From an uncultured virus (IMG/VR IMGVR_UViG_3300029305_009146) (Duplodnaviria > Heunggongvirae > Uroviricota > Caudoviricetes), in IMG/VR virus record IMGVR_UViG_3300029305_009146: 64,000 nucleotides of DNA; one strand, written 5' to 3'. Positions 9,342-18,668 of the stretch are shown here, one piece after another. The stretch's first letter is position 1. Every line of letters begins with the position of its first letter. The position numbers were made by a program, and so were the translations under genes. The notes under the pieces are model-generated. The model made no database searches. It was not told the origin of the DNA and was given only the letters and a program-made list of their open reading frames with translations.

Positions 9342-9752
9342 CTAACTCTCAATCTCTTCGTTTGAAAGACTCTTTTCATAGTCCTCTCGACACTTTTTGG
9401 TCTGTTCGATAATGTATGGCAGCGTATACACATCAAGAACCTCTCCTGCAGTAAAGCTTCTAAGGAGACCGTCATCAAGATAGGTTTCTATGTCTTCTTC
9501 TGTCATCTGGAAGAGGTAATTCACTGCTGTTTGTGCCTCTGCAAGACCTTGTACGTACCCTTGCGTGTAAACCGGACGTTCATGCAGTTTGAGCTGTCCC
9601 GGGACATAGTGAAAAATATCTCCGTTGTATCGCACAGATACCGTATCGCTTTCTACATGAACTACCTCACCAATGGAGCCAATAGGGTGCAGAGAGGTTC
9701 CTCCAAAGTCCGTTCCGTCCACAATTTCTACCCAGTCATTTACATAAAACAC
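9342..9752 (-). CDS. Hypothetical protein, SH3/KOW-like N-terminus
   Basis: Resembles 10535-11128; GTG start. Confidence 0.75.
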   Translation of the reverse strand: MFYVNDWVEIVDGTDFGGTSLHPIGSIGEVVHVESDTVSVRYNGDIFHYVPGQLKLHERPVYTQGYVQGLAEAQTAVNYLFQMTEEDIETYLDDGLLRSFTAGEVLDVYTLPYIIEQTKKCREDYEKSLSNEEIES

Positions 9753-9754
9753 GA

Positions 9755-10522
9755 TTATCTCTCCTCTCGTTCCTCTTCTCTGGTTAACTGCCGATATATC
9801 TGTTGTGCAGCCTGCATATTCATCGGAAAAGAACTCTCTATTGCAATAAATACAGGGAAAATTTCGTCTTTGTAAACACAGTCCACAAAATATTCGTATC
9901 CCTGGCTGTCACATGGCTCTTCTGTACCCGGAACGAACTCAAACTCTTTTGCAATCTGTTCGATTTCCGAAGAACTCTTTGTCAGTTCTGTTTCGTGGAA
10001 CCAACGAGCCTCGGTCTTTGATTCCCATTTAGCGATTGCTTCCATACAAAGTTTGTTTTCGAGCTCCTTATGCCTTTCGCTAAGTTTTTCGTTTGCATCA
10101 AACCGCTTCATAACACCCTTATAAAAAGCTATCTCGCGTTCTTTTACGTCTTCAAGCCCTTTAATCTCATATCCGCGGTTCTCATCTTTTTCTAAAACGA
10201 TAAAACCATTTTCCTTATCGATGAACTTATTTGGGAAACCTTTGTAATGAGAAAGTGCGGTTCTATCATCGGTTCCCCGCACAAGGACATACGACGTATA
10301 CTGGGTTTCTTCAAATACACTGTTTGTAATGACAATCTTGGGCATGCGACAGATTTCATCATCGGTCAAACGCTTTTGCACAAGATTTGCTTCGCCACTC
10401 TTAAGCTTATGCCATAACGGCATAAGTTCTTCGATGTCTCCGGGACGGATTCCATCCTTGAGCGTAGTTAATACATCATTGACGCAATTCAAGTCCTTGT
10501 AATCACCGTGGAAAATAATCAT
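9755..10522 (-). CDS. Hypothetical protein
   Basis: SD; ends EEEREER. Confidence 0.8.
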   Translation of the reverse strand: MIIFHGDYKDLNCVNDVLTTLKDGIRPGDIEELMPLWHKLKSGEANLVQKRLTDDEICRMPKIVITNSVFEETQYTSYVLVRGTDDRTALSHYKGFPNKFIDKENGFIVLEKDENRGYEIKGLEDVKEREIAFYKGVMKRFDANEKLSERHKELENKLCMEAIAKWESKTEARWFHETELTKSSSEIEQIAKEFEFVPGTEEPCDSQGYEYFVDCVYKDEIFPVFIAIESSFPMNMQAAQQIYRQLTREEEREER

Positions 10523-10534
10523 AAAAGGACCTCC

Positions 10535-11128
10535 TTATCTCTCGTAATCGTCATCGAGGCGTGCGAATACGTTCTCGATTTCGTCATAGTGTACTCCGGT
10601 TTTCGTAAGTCTGTCTTTCTCCCACTCACAAATACCACCATTCTTATCAGCTACATAGAAACTTTCATCGGTATAAAATCCAACAACACAGCCTTTCATT
10701 GTCCGGTTGTGATAGTCCAACATGATTACTTCGTCACCGATTTTAAAATCCTTTGCTTCTTTCCCTTGCTCATAGGCTTCGATTTTGGCAAGGGCTTCTT
10801 CGACTGTGAATCCGTATGCAACCAAATGAAACCCACCCTTTCCAAATATATCTCTGCACTCATCACAGGACATTTTGGCAATCTTCTTCGCCAACTCCCA
10901 CGCATCCGCGAGTCCTTCTTCATAGGTCTTTTCAATGTAAGGCTCCAATGCGGTGGCCGGATAAAAATACACAGTTCCAGCTTCATCCGCAACGGTATAT
11001 GCAAACAGCGCTGTTGGGTTGACGTCTGTAACCGTGCCAACAACTCCACCCGGAGAAAATTGTGGGAATTGTGGCGAACCATCTATCCCTTTTACAGCGC
11101 GAACCTTGTCTCCTACTTTATACTTCAT
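10535..11128 (-). CDS. Hypothetical protein with two KVGDKV/KIGDEV beta-barrel-like units
   Basis: Motifs visible; ends DDDYER. Confidence 0.8.
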   Translation of the reverse strand: MKYKVGDKVRAVKGIDGSPQFPQFSPGGVVGTVTDVNPTALFAYTVADEAGTVYFYPATALEPYIEKTYEEGLADAWELAKKIAKMSCDECRDIFGKGGFHLVAYGFTVEEALAKIEAYEQGKEAKDFKIGDEVIMLDYHNRTMKGCVVGFYTDESFYVADKNGGICEWEKDRLTKTGVHYDEIENVFARLDDDYER

Positions 11129-11732
11129 CTTTTTCTTCCTCCTCCTTTTGGCATTCTTCCCAAAAATCTTCTAATGACAATCCGTCGGTATGCCATACAC
11201 AGTAGTCATCCATCTTCTCAAGAAGAAACTTTTTCTCTTTCTCGGAAAGAGCATATTCGTATGCTTTATCTCCTGTGTTCGACTTTACGATGTAAATGGC
11301 CTTTACGGAACCGTCAGGATACCAGTTTGTGTAGAAGTTCACCCACATATCATCATCATCTCTGGTATCAGTCCCAAACATCTTATCTACATCAAACCAG
11401 CAGTCCCACGAGAAATTAATATAGTCATCCTCAACCATGATTTCCCCTTCGCACATGATATCTACATCAGCAAGCGTTTTCGGCTCCGGTTCTACAACAA
11501 AATGCTCCAATAGTTCAGCCTCCCGTTCGTTATCGCCGATAGCAAAAGAACGCTGATTTCTTAACCGAGCAATCTCTTTTTTTAGTTCTTCCTGTTTACT
11601 GATTGCGTTTTTAGCATATTCGATGGCTTCTTCATACGATGAGGTATCGGAAGGCTCCCCATATTCATCCGTAGTATCCATTTTCATCCAAACGTCGTTC
11701 AGCATATTTATCATTTTCTGTTCTTTTGACAT
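11118..11732 (-). CDS. Acidic hypothetical protein
   Basis: AAGGAGG SD. Confidence 0.8.
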   Translation of the reverse strand: MSKEQKMINMLNDVWMKMDTTDEYGEPSDTSSYEEAIEYAKNAISKQEELKKEIARLRNQRSFAIGDNEREAELLEHFVVEPEPKTLADVDIMCEGEIMVEDDYINFSWDCWFDVDKMFGTDTRDDDDMWVNFYTNWYPDGSVKAIYIVKSNTGDKAYEYALSEKEKKFLLEKMDDYCVWHTDGLSLEDFWEECQKEEEEKDEV

Positions 11733-11757
11733 ATTTATTACCTCCTTTTCCTGTTAC

Positions 11758-11770
11758 TGTTAAGGGAAAA
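11758..11770 (-). promoter_or_regulatory. TTCC(C)TTAAC element motif
   Basis: Upstream of 11732. Confidence 0.7.
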
Positions 11771-11790
11771 ATTTGTAAATACAAACAAAA

Positions 11791-11815
11791 AAAAGAGGCT
11801 GTTACGCCTCTTTTT
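11791..11815 (-). terminator. AGAGG-stem family terminator
   Basis: AAAAGAGG-ctgttacg-CCTCTTTT. Confidence 0.8.
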
Positions 11816-11819
11816 CTAC

Positions 11820-12746
11820 TCAGTTCAGGTTTACTAAAACATCCATGGGTCTGTTTGCATGACATTGTTTGAACTTCTTACCGGAGCCGCAGAAGCACTT
11901 GTCGTTTCTTCCGATTCCCTTTGCCTTTGCAATCAGTTCCGTGTGCTTGTTTGCAAGGATATCAAGAGCACTGATAAACTGACTTCGCATTTCCTGATAT
12001 TCTTCTATTGTAAAGGGACTATTGTTTGATATCCGATTGTCCCACTCCATAAGAATATCCTGAGCACGTATATACGCCGGCGTCCCAATAAAATCCGCTG
12101 CGTTAATTGCAAGAAGCCCCGGCTGCGCATCCTTTTTGGCAAGAATAGCCCACAAAAAAGGAATTATTCCGGACATACGTATTGCCCAGTACGCAAACGC
12201 GACATCTTCCTTTGCGCGGCTTTTGCCATAACAGAAACTGTCTGTCTCAAGCAAGGCTCTTGTTCTTTCCAGAAAGATTGTATGTGATTCTTTTGCATAG
12301 GTGACGACATACTCCGGCGCATCATAAATATCTTTCAAAAGAGATTCAAGGACTGATGATGATTGATACAACGCAGCCACCGGGAGTCGAAGGGCATCTT
12401 CGGGAATCTCTTTTACAAGATAATCCGTAGCATGTGGTAAATTCTTGTTAAGACAGTCTCTGATTTCGTCCTGTTTCGGAGACATGCACAAACAATTGTT
12501 AGACCAGTCCAAAAGATTAATCGGGATACAATCCTCTTCCGGGATAGAAAAACAGATAATCTCTTCCGGACACCTCGGAGATGCTGCCCAAAGCCGAAAC
12601 CATGTTTCGGATAATGAGTCTTCGTCAACTAAAGTGCAGAAATACGGCCGGTACCCTAAAAAATCAGTCAGTCCGGCCTGGTCTGCGGTAGACCATCCGT
12701 CTTTTTGCTCGCCTCCCTGTACCGTAATAAGCAAAACATCGCCCAT
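11820..12746 (-). CDS. SEC-C motif protein
   Basis: C-terminal GRNDKCFCGSGKKFKQCH. Confidence 0.8.
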   Translation of the reverse strand: MGDVLLITVQGGEQKDGWSTADQAGLTDFLGYRPYFCTLVDEDSLSETWFRLWAASPRCPEEIICFSIPEEDCIPINLLDWSNNCLCMSPKQDEIRDCLNKNLPHATDYLVKEIPEDALRLPVAALYQSSSVLESLLKDIYDAPEYVVTYAKESHTIFLERTRALLETDSFCYGKSRAKEDVAFAYWAIRMSGIIPFLWAILAKKDAQPGLLAINAADFIGTPAYIRAQDILMEWDNRISNNSPFTIEEYQEMRSQFISALDILANKHTELIAKAKGIGRNDKCFCGSGKKFKQCHANRPMDVLVNLN

Positions 12747-12786
12747 ATAATAAATTCCTCCGTCGTTAGTTTAATCATTACTTTTA

Positions 12787-12798
12787 TGTTAAGGGAAA
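12787..12798 (-). promoter_or_regulatory. TTCC(C)TTAAC element motif
   Basis: Upstream of 12746. Confidence 0.7.
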
Positions 12799-12828
12799 TA
12801 TTGTGCTAAAAATAAAAAAAAGAGAGGA

Positions 12829-12906
12829 TTATCGTTCCTCTCTCTCCAGTTGATTTTCCAAAAAACTTCGGTTGTTTACAAACACTCGCAACGCAAATGC
12901 TGTCAT
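12829..12906 (-). CDS. 25-aa peptide or truncated paralog ending EREER
   Basis: Hand-translated MTAFALRVFVNNRSFLENQLEREER; ATGA overlap with upstream stop. Confidence 0.5.
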   Translation of the reverse strand: MTAFALRVFVNNRSFLENQLEREER

Positions 12907-13133
12907 CCAAAATCCTCTCTTTCCTCATATTCAAAGCTTGCAGCTTCTTCTAAGAAAATATCACGATATTCTAAAAAGCCGCGTATCTGCTCTAATGTGT
13001 ATCGAAAAAGAGAGATAAAACAGTAGTCATTATCTTCTTCCCTCGTTTCAATTTCTAAGAGCAGATTTGCATCACTGTATCGGGACATATTATAAATATC
13101 CTCTTCTGACAAGTTGAAAAAATCCATGTACAT
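12903..13133 (-). CDS. Hypothetical protein (paralog of 13611-13880)
   Basis: YSD...EI..REE..YT..Q.R.F.E.R..F.EE shared. Confidence 0.75.
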   Translation of the reverse strand: MYMDFFNLSEEDIYNMSRYSDANLLLEIETREEDNDYCFISLFRYTLEQIRGFLEYRDIFLEEAASFEYEEREDFG

Positions 13134-13138
13134 TTGTG

Positions 13139-13597
13139 CTACTCTCTTTCATCGTTACAAATCTCATCTCTGCCCTCACTCAGTCGGGGACCATGTCCTC
13201 CAAGCAGTTTGTCTACCATGTCGCTTAGCCGGTCTTCCGAGAGAGACAAAACGTCATCCTCATTTATTGGACTCCACTTTCGGTCGGCGTAGCTACGGAT
13301 ATCATCCGCAAACTCCGTAACAGCCTCCTCTCTTGCTTTTTTCCGGATATCCTCATCGTGCTTTTGAATCCATTCCTCGAATTTTTGTCCGTCATTCAAA
13401 AGAATTTCCGCCTTCCCATATCGAAGCAAAAACTCAAGCTCCTCCAGCAGCTCAATATCCCGCATTATTTTTTCGTCCTTCTTCGCAATCAAAGCATCCA
13501 ATTGGGACAGGCTACGATATCCGTCTCCTTCTTTTGCAAGGGAAAAGTCACATTGGAAAGATGAAATTGCGTGATTAAACTTATTGGTCGGCTCCAT
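13139..13597 (-). CDS. Hypothetical protein
   Basis: Start moved to MEPTNK; ends NDERE. Confidence 0.8.
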   Translation of the reverse strand: MEPTNKFNHAISSFQCDFSLAKEGDGYRSLSQLDALIAKKDEKIMRDIELLEELEFLLRYGKAEILLNDGQKFEEWIQKHDEDIRKKAREEAVTEFADDIRSYADRKWSPINEDDVLSLSEDRLSDMVDKLLGGHGPRLSEGRDEICNDERE

Positions 13598-13610
13598 ATC
13601 TTTTTCCTCC

Positions 13611-13880
13611 CTATTTATTGAAATTGTCGTATTCACTGCTATATTCATCAGATAAGGTATTATTGTACTCTCTTATCTGTATAGCATTGTGTTCCTCAAT
13701 AAATTCTTTCCGGTGTTCGATAAACGCCCGGAGTTGTCCAACGGTGTAAAGAGCGAGTGTCCATTCCGAAAACTCACCGTACTCCTCTCTGACATCTATC
13801 TCCATGTATATTGCATCATCGGAATAACTTTTTAGTTTTTCAATGTCTCTTGGGCCGAGACCAAAATCCTTCATACTCAT
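13611..13880 (-). CDS. Hypothetical protein
   Basis: SD; paralog of 12903-13133. Confidence 0.75.
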   Translation of the reverse strand: MSMKDFGLGPRDIEKLKSYSDDAIYMEIDVREEYGEFSEWTLALYTVGQLRAFIEHRKEFIEEHNAIQIREYNNTLSDEYSSEYDNFNK

Positions 13881-13884
13881 ATGC

Positions 13885-14421
13885 TTACTCCTCTCTTTCT
13901 ACGTCTTCTACAAATTTTCGCGCGTATACCGGAAGAAACTCCGGAAGCTCTTTTCCATCACTGTCAAGGCATAAACAACTGCAACCATGGTCTTTTGCAA
14001 ACCGGATACAGTCAGCAAGGTCCTCCGGGAGTCCTGCCAAATCATCATACTCATACCAATACACATATGCTCCGTACCGGACCCCGTCGTATTCTTTAAA
14101 GGATATTGCTAGGTCTTCGATTTTATCGAGCATTTGTGAGGTCTGCGCACTGATATGCACACTGGATATCGTACAAATACCGGTGAACACATCACCGTCG
14201 GTCTTGATATAACCGGAATGATTGGACTTCCCTTCATTTTCAAGCAGTTTTTCATAATCGGACTTATGGTAGTTGCTAAGAATGGATTTTACGGCAGAAA
14301 AAGCCGTCTGATAAGCCTCACTCCCGCTTTTGTTTGGGGGATAACCAGCACTGGGATGCAACAGCGCATCGAGCTTTAAAGAAAGTTGTTTTTGCAGGTG
14401 CTTGTATTCTGCTTCTGTCAT
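13885..14421 (-). CDS. Hypothetical protein
   Basis: ATGA coupling; LPEDLADCIRFA..LDSDG motif; ends VEREE. Confidence 0.8.
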   Translation of the reverse strand: MTEAEYKHLQKQLSLKLDALLHPSAGYPPNKSGSEAYQTAFSAVKSILSNYHKSDYEKLLENEGKSNHSGYIKTDGDVFTGICTISSVHISAQTSQMLDKIEDLAISFKEYDGVRYGAYVYWYEYDDLAGLPEDLADCIRFAKDHGCSCLCLDSDGKELPEFLPVYARKFVEDVEREE

Positions 14422-14807
14422 CGCTCTACCTCCGCTTGCTTTGCGTTTTCATCTAAAAGTTCTGATATTAACTCAAACGAAAACTTTTTGCAAATTTCCA
14501 AATTGTCTGCACACCCAAATAATTCAGTTTTCTGTTCATCGGACATCTTCGAAATTCTCCATGCAACACGTGGAAGAATAGAGAGTGCTTCTATTTCCTC
14601 TTTTGTAAGTGGGGTCAAAGAAAGCTCCTCTTCCTTGTACATAATCTCATAAGAAAAATAATCAGTAGAAAATTGCACGCGATATTCAATATTCCCAAAA
14701 ACATCTTCTTCATAGCTTTTTAATTCCCCACGGGTTCCAATGCTGAATCCGTCCCTTTTCACCCTTGGATACACATATGTCGGTTCAAACAATTTTTTGC
14801 TTATCAT
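14418..14807 (-). CDS. Hypothetical protein
   Basis: ATGA coupling; ends AEVER. Confidence 0.8.
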   Translation of the reverse strand: MISKKLFEPTYVYPRVKRDGFSIGTRGELKSYEEDVFGNIEYRVQFSTDYFSYEIMYKEEELSLTPLTKEEIEALSILPRVAWRISKMSDEQKTELFGCADNLEICKKFSFELISELLDENAKQAEVER

Positions 14808-14971
14808 CGTTCTATCTCCATTCCTTCCGCTTTGTCAGCAAGTTCTCTTAACTCATCCGGCATATACCCCATAAGCGACATATGGAGCCACTCTCCTGTT
14901 TCTTCAACACAACTAGCTTCATCGCGCAATTGTTCTGCGGTAAATCTCTTTAAGATATCTTCTTTTCTCAT
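14804..14971 (-). CDS. 55-aa hypothetical protein (below ORF-track cutoff)
   Basis: Hand-translated MRKEDILKRF...GMEIER; AAGGAG SD. Confidence 0.75.
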   Translation of the reverse strand: MRKEDILKRFTAEQLRDEASCVEETGEWLHMSLMGYMPDELRELADKAEGMEIER

Positions 14972-15017
14972 AAAAAACTCCTTTTTCGGATAGGTTGGTT
15001 TTATTTGTTTCCGTTTC

Positions 15018-15029
15018 TGTTAAGGAAAA
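15018..15029 (-). promoter_or_regulatory. TTCC(C)TTAAC element motif
   Basis: Upstream of 14971. Confidence 0.7.
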
Positions 15030-15043
15030 AATTTCTAAACATG

Positions 15044-15072
15044 AAATAAGAGGCTTGTTACGCCTCTTATTT
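15044..15072 (-). terminator. AGAGG-stem family terminator
   Basis: AAATAAGAGG-cttgttacg-CCTCTTATTT. Confidence 0.75.
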
Positions 15073-15519
15073 GATAAAAATCATCCAATGCGTCTTTGCT
15101 CTCTTATCCCCAAAGAGCGGTTGGTATCCGATTGCTTTTAAGATTTCTGCCGTTTTTATTTGGTCTTCGTTCCACTTAAACACCAGCACTCCATCCTTTT
15201 CCAGAACGCGCATACATTCAGCGAACCCGGCTTTTAAGTATTCCTTCCAGTTTTCCGGCAGAACTCCGTACTTTTGCCTAAGCCATGACGTCTCTCCGGC
15301 CTTAATGAGATGTGGCGGGTCAAAAACGACCATTTTGAAGGCTTCGTCCGGATAAGGCATATCCCTAAAATCCATCAAAACATCCGGTTTTACAATAAGC
15401 TTTCTTCCGTCGCAGAGAGTTGTTTCCAGTTCTCTGTTATCGGCAAACACCACATCCGGATTTTCTTTATCAAACCAAAACATCCTGCTTCCGCAACAGG
15501 CGTCAAGAATTCTTGGCAT
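15067..15519 (-). CDS. SAM-dependent methyltransferase, phage-type (probable amino DNA MTase)
   Basis: ILDACCGSRMFWF (motif I) and VFDPPH (motif IV-like). Confidence 0.8.
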   Translation of the reverse strand: MPRILDACCGSRMFWFDKENPDVVFADNRELETTLCDGRKLIVKPDVLMDFRDMPYPDEAFKMVVFDPPHLIKAGETSWLRQKYGVLPENWKEYLKAGFAECMRVLEKDGVLVFKWNEDQIKTAEILKAIGYQPLFGDKRAKTHWMIFIK

Positions 15520-16453
15520 TCGTAACACCTGCCTCTCCCATCCGGTCAATATATTGGTGGATTCTGTTCCATGCATCTTTACATTCTCTGGATTTCAACA
15601 TATACATAGTGATGACATCATGCACACCGCTCTCTAAGCAGTCAAAACTTACATATGCGCCTGCCTTTTTGAGGTCGGCTGCCAAATTGGTTCCTTGCCG
15701 CTCCAGCATCTCGCCCTTGGCTACCGAAATGTAAAAGTTACAATCCTTGAAAATATTTAAGTCGCCATATACCGGAGAAATAAACGGGTTCTTTTTATTT
15801 TCCCCGTTTGCGTATGTATTCGCGCACATCTCAAGCACATCGCCCCATCCAAACAGAACATCTCCGGCCTTCTGGTTTGCTGTGTATTCCAGATTGAGAT
15901 TCACCCACGGACTGGACAAAATATATGTTCTGGGAATTTCCCTTCCCTTTTCATGAAGCTTTAACGCCATAGCTAAAGCAAGACCGCCGCCGGCGCTGTC
16001 TCCTGCAACAATAATGTCTTCTGCATTATATCCCATCGCATACAAGGCCGCATATCCGGTAATCGCGTCATCCAATGCTTTCGGGAACACATCTTTAGGA
16101 GCGGTTCTGTAATCGATGGCAAATACATCGTATTTTTCGTTTGAAAGCCTTTCCATAACGCCACAATAGAGGTCCGTCATGGATGAATGGTAAGCGCCGC
16201 CATGCAAGACGTAAATAACCTTTTTAGATTCACTGCCGATTTTATGCAAATGTTCAAAGTTTACGCCGGAAATTGCTTTTCTCTGGAAAATATACCCGGC
16301 CGGTGCCGTATAAGAGCTCTCTCTTGATTGTCCGGGTTCAAACTGTTGTCCCGAAAGACGCTTGTCAATATATGCCTGTTCGTTTCCTATGTACTTTTTC
16401 ATTGCCTTTCTTACAAAAGCCTGAAATAACTTGGTTTTTATACTCATTCCCAT
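15503..16453 (-). CDS. Alpha/beta hydrolase (HSL-family esterase/lipase)
   Basis: HGGA oxyanion loop, DYRTAP, GDSAGG nucleophile, SPW. Confidence 0.9.
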   Translation of the reverse strand: MGMSIKTKLFQAFVRKAMKKYIGNEQAYIDKRLSGQQFEPGQSRESSYTAPAGYIFQRKAISGVNFEHLHKIGSESKKVIYVLHGGAYHSSMTDLYCGVMERLSNEKYDVFAIDYRTAPKDVFPKALDDAITGYAALYAMGYNAEDIIVAGDSAGGGLALAMALKLHEKGREIPRTYILSSPWVNLNLEYTANQKAGDVLFGWGDVLEMCANTYANGENKKNPFISPVYGDLNIFKDCNFYISVAKGEMLERQGTNLAADLKKAGAYVSFDCLESGVHDVITMYMLKSRECKDAWNRIHQYIDRMGEAGVTNAKNS

Positions 16454-16485
16454 ACTAATTTCTCCTTATTGTTTTTTTTCATAAT

Positions 16486-16497
16486 TGTTAAGGAAAA
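16486..16497 (-). promoter_or_regulatory. TTCC(C)TTAAC element motif
   Basis: Upstream of 16453. Confidence 0.7.
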
Positions 16498-16553
16498 AAT
16501 AACGGCAAAATAAAAAAAAGAGAGGCTTTATCCTCTCTTCTTTACAAACAATC

Positions 16554-17252
16554 TTACCTTTCTCTGTCGTCTTGCTCCAGTTCACGAGTAACCTCCGCCG
16601 TAAGCTCTTCGATGTATCCCTCCAGCTTTTCATACTTGTCGATGAGTATTTTCAGCTCTTCCATGGTGATTTCTCGCCTGTCATTATCACCGTCATACAC
16701 AAAAATTTCTCCGGAACTGCTGAAGACAGGATTTGTACCGAATGTCGTATGGTATTGATGACTGTAATCTGCCGCTCTCTTTTTGAGAATGCTGTATTCG
16801 TCGTGTTCCTGAAAATACTTCTTCTCCATTTTCTCACATTCTTTGAGTTGGCGATGAAAAATCTCATCTACCAAGTCGTCATAAGTATCGTATTTCCCGG
16901 CAGAATCATGTTGAATATATCTTTCGCATCCCACAAAGCGATATTTTCCGTAATTATAATCATCATTAATTATCGGAAACTTATACCTGATATCATTTCT
17001 CTTAATCCATGCTTTTAAGGACGTGGTTTTTACAGTTCCCCAGCCATCCTTTGGCATAGAATCTTTCTCTGCATTAAACTTTTCGATAAGCCCTAAAAGA
17101 TAGCTTAGCTTGCCATCCTGCAAACTATCTACAAAAGCAATTTTATCCTCCCGGGAAGTTTTTATTTCATAGGAGTAAATGCCTTCTTTCCCATAAAAGA
17201 TTCTTTTCGGCTCATTCAATAATGCCATATTTTCCACGTTCCATGTAAACAT
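16554..17252 (-). CDS. Hypothetical protein
   Basis: SD; ends DDRER before terminator. Confidence 0.8.
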   Translation of the reverse strand: MFTWNVENMALLNEPKRIFYGKEGIYSYEIKTSREDKIAFVDSLQDGKLSYLLGLIEKFNAEKDSMPKDGWGTVKTTSLKAWIKRNDIRYKFPIINDDYNYGKYRFVGCERYIQHDSAGKYDTYDDLVDEIFHRQLKECEKMEKKYFQEHDEYSILKKRAADYSHQYHTTFGTNPVFSSSGEIFVYDGDNDRREITMEELKILIDKYEKLEGYIEELTAEVTRELEQDDRER

Positions 17253-17263
17253 AGTATTCCTCC

Positions 17264-17455
17264 TTAGTAGTCAAAGGCCTCATACGGGTCGTCAAGTCCG
17301 TCCATTTCTGCCATTTCAAGCAAAGCACCTTTGATTTCACCAATGCTCTGTTCAATATCCACAATATCTTCAACAGGCGCGTTTTGCTCTTTTGCTAACG
17401 CCAGCGCCTCTTCATACCCCTCCAGCATTCGGTTTAGTCTTGCATATTCTCCCAT
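17264..17455 (-). CDS. Small acidic helical protein
   Basis: ORF with SD. Confidence 0.7.
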   Translation of the reverse strand: MGEYARLNRMLEGYEEALALAKEQNAPVEDIVDIEQSIGEIKGALLEMAEMDGLDDPYEAFDY

Positions 17456-17462
17456 AAAGCAC

Positions 17463-17783
17463 CTACCTTTCTATTTCACCTTTTTCTCTCTCGATTATTT
17501 TTTTCAGTTCCGCCGGAAGCTCTTCCAATACCTCATATCCATTTGCTTCCAGGCACTCCTTTACGCTCTCCTGCATGATATAGCAGATTTCCTGTTCAAA
17601 CTGAGCGTCTTCAGGAAAGCTGTAAAAGGAGAGCCATATTCCGGTTTCATTCTGACCGCCAACCAGTACGAGGTTTAATCGTAAGGAATCATATCCGTCG
17701 TAAATTTCCATTGATTCTACCTTATAAATAAGGTCATCGCCGTTATTCACAAAAAATGTCTTATCTTCTAAATATGCCTGCAT
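17463..17783 (-). CDS. Hypothetical protein
   Basis: SD; ends GEIER. Confidence 0.8.
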   Translation of the reverse strand: MQAYLEDKTFFVNNGDDLIYKVESMEIYDGYDSLRLNLVLVGGQNETGIWLSFYSFPEDAQFEQEICYIMQESVKECLEANGYEVLEELPAELKKIIEREKGEIER

Positions 17784-17802
17784 ATTTACTACCTCCTTCT
17801 AT

Positions 17803-18036
17803 TTATCTGTCCAATTCCTTCTCCGGTGCTTCGATTTCGAATGTCAGATATCCGTTCTCGATAAACATGTACTTTAACTCTGCATCAAGCACAGCGTCAT
17901 CGATATCAGAATAAATCCCATCCATAACATCTTCCTTTACATGGGTAACGTTTTCTTCCAGCTCTTCATCCCAGTGCCGTATAATGATGTCCCCTTGAAT
18001 CACAACACCGTCTTCTATCATATCTCTGATTGTCAC
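17803..18036 (-). CDS. Small acidic protein
   Basis: AAGGAGG SD; ends ELDR. Confidence 0.75.
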   Translation of the reverse strand: MTIRDMIEDGVVIQGDIIIRHWDEELEENVTHVKEDVMDGIYSDIDDAVLDAELKYMFIENGYLTFEIEAPEKELDR

Positions 18037-18144
18037 AACATAACCTCCTTTGTCGGTTAAATTAATAATCTACAATGAATAGTGAACAATGGAGTTATCT
18101 TAATTATTCATTATTCCTTATTCGTTATTAATTCCTCTTATAGT

Positions 18145-18157
18145 TGTTAAGGGAAAA
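18145..18157 (-). promoter_or_regulatory. TTCC(C)TTAAC element motif
   Basis: ~110 nt upstream of 18036. Confidence 0.65.
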
Positions 18158-18165
18158 ATTTTAAA

Positions 18166-18570
18166 TCATAGTAAGTTTTTATCAAAATCAATTAATCCGG
18201 TTGTAAAAACGTGTTCGTCTGTTTCAAAGGAACCTTCTTTCAACAAAAGATTCAGTCCTGCCTCCGGGATTGCCGGGAGTGCAGTGTAAAAATCCTCTAC
18301 AGATACACGGATGCCATCTAAGGTAAAATAGCGCATTTTTACATCGGCAAGCTCCAGGTCTTCATCATCAAACTCAAACCGGTAATCTTCGTGAATAAAA
18401 TCCCGAAGCGTCCGGATATCAAATCGTGGAAAAATATGTCCGCCTGCAATATGAATATCTGCCTCTAGGGGGTCTTTTTTACTGCGCTCGATTTTTTCAA
18501 TATCGCCTGCGTTTATGTTTGAGTAATAAAGCCTTAACGCCTCCGCCAAAAGGTAATTAAGGTTTGTCAT
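18166..18570 (-). CDS. Hypothetical protein
   Basis: AGGAG SD; own sigma-A promoter. Confidence 0.8.
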   Translation of the reverse strand: MTNLNYLLAEALRLYYSNINAGDIEKIERSKKDPLEADIHIAGGHIFPRFDIRTLRDFIHEDYRFEFDDEDLELADVKMRYFTLDGIRVSVEDFYTALPAIPEAGLNLLLKEGSFETDEHVFTTGLIDFDKNLL

Positions 18571-18605
18571 ATAACTTTGTCTCCTAACGTGATTATTCTG
18601 CCGTC

Positions 18606-18634
18606 ATTATATCACTCATTCTTTTAAAATGCAA
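18606..18634 (-). promoter_or_regulatory. Sigma-A/70-type promoter (extended -10)
   Basis: TTGCAT-17 bp-TATAAT with TG extension. Confidence 0.75.
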
Positions 18635-18635
18635 T

Positions 18636-18665
18636 AAAAAACCTCTGCATTACGCAGAGGCCTTT
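18636..18665 (-). terminator. Intrinsic terminator
   Basis: CCTCTGC-attac-GCAGAGG with T-tract on minus strand. Confidence 0.75.
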
Positions 18666-18668
18666 ATT

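Noticed and set aside
11820..12746. secA
   Set aside because: Only the C-terminal SEC-C zinc motif is present; 308 aa, no ATPase motifs.
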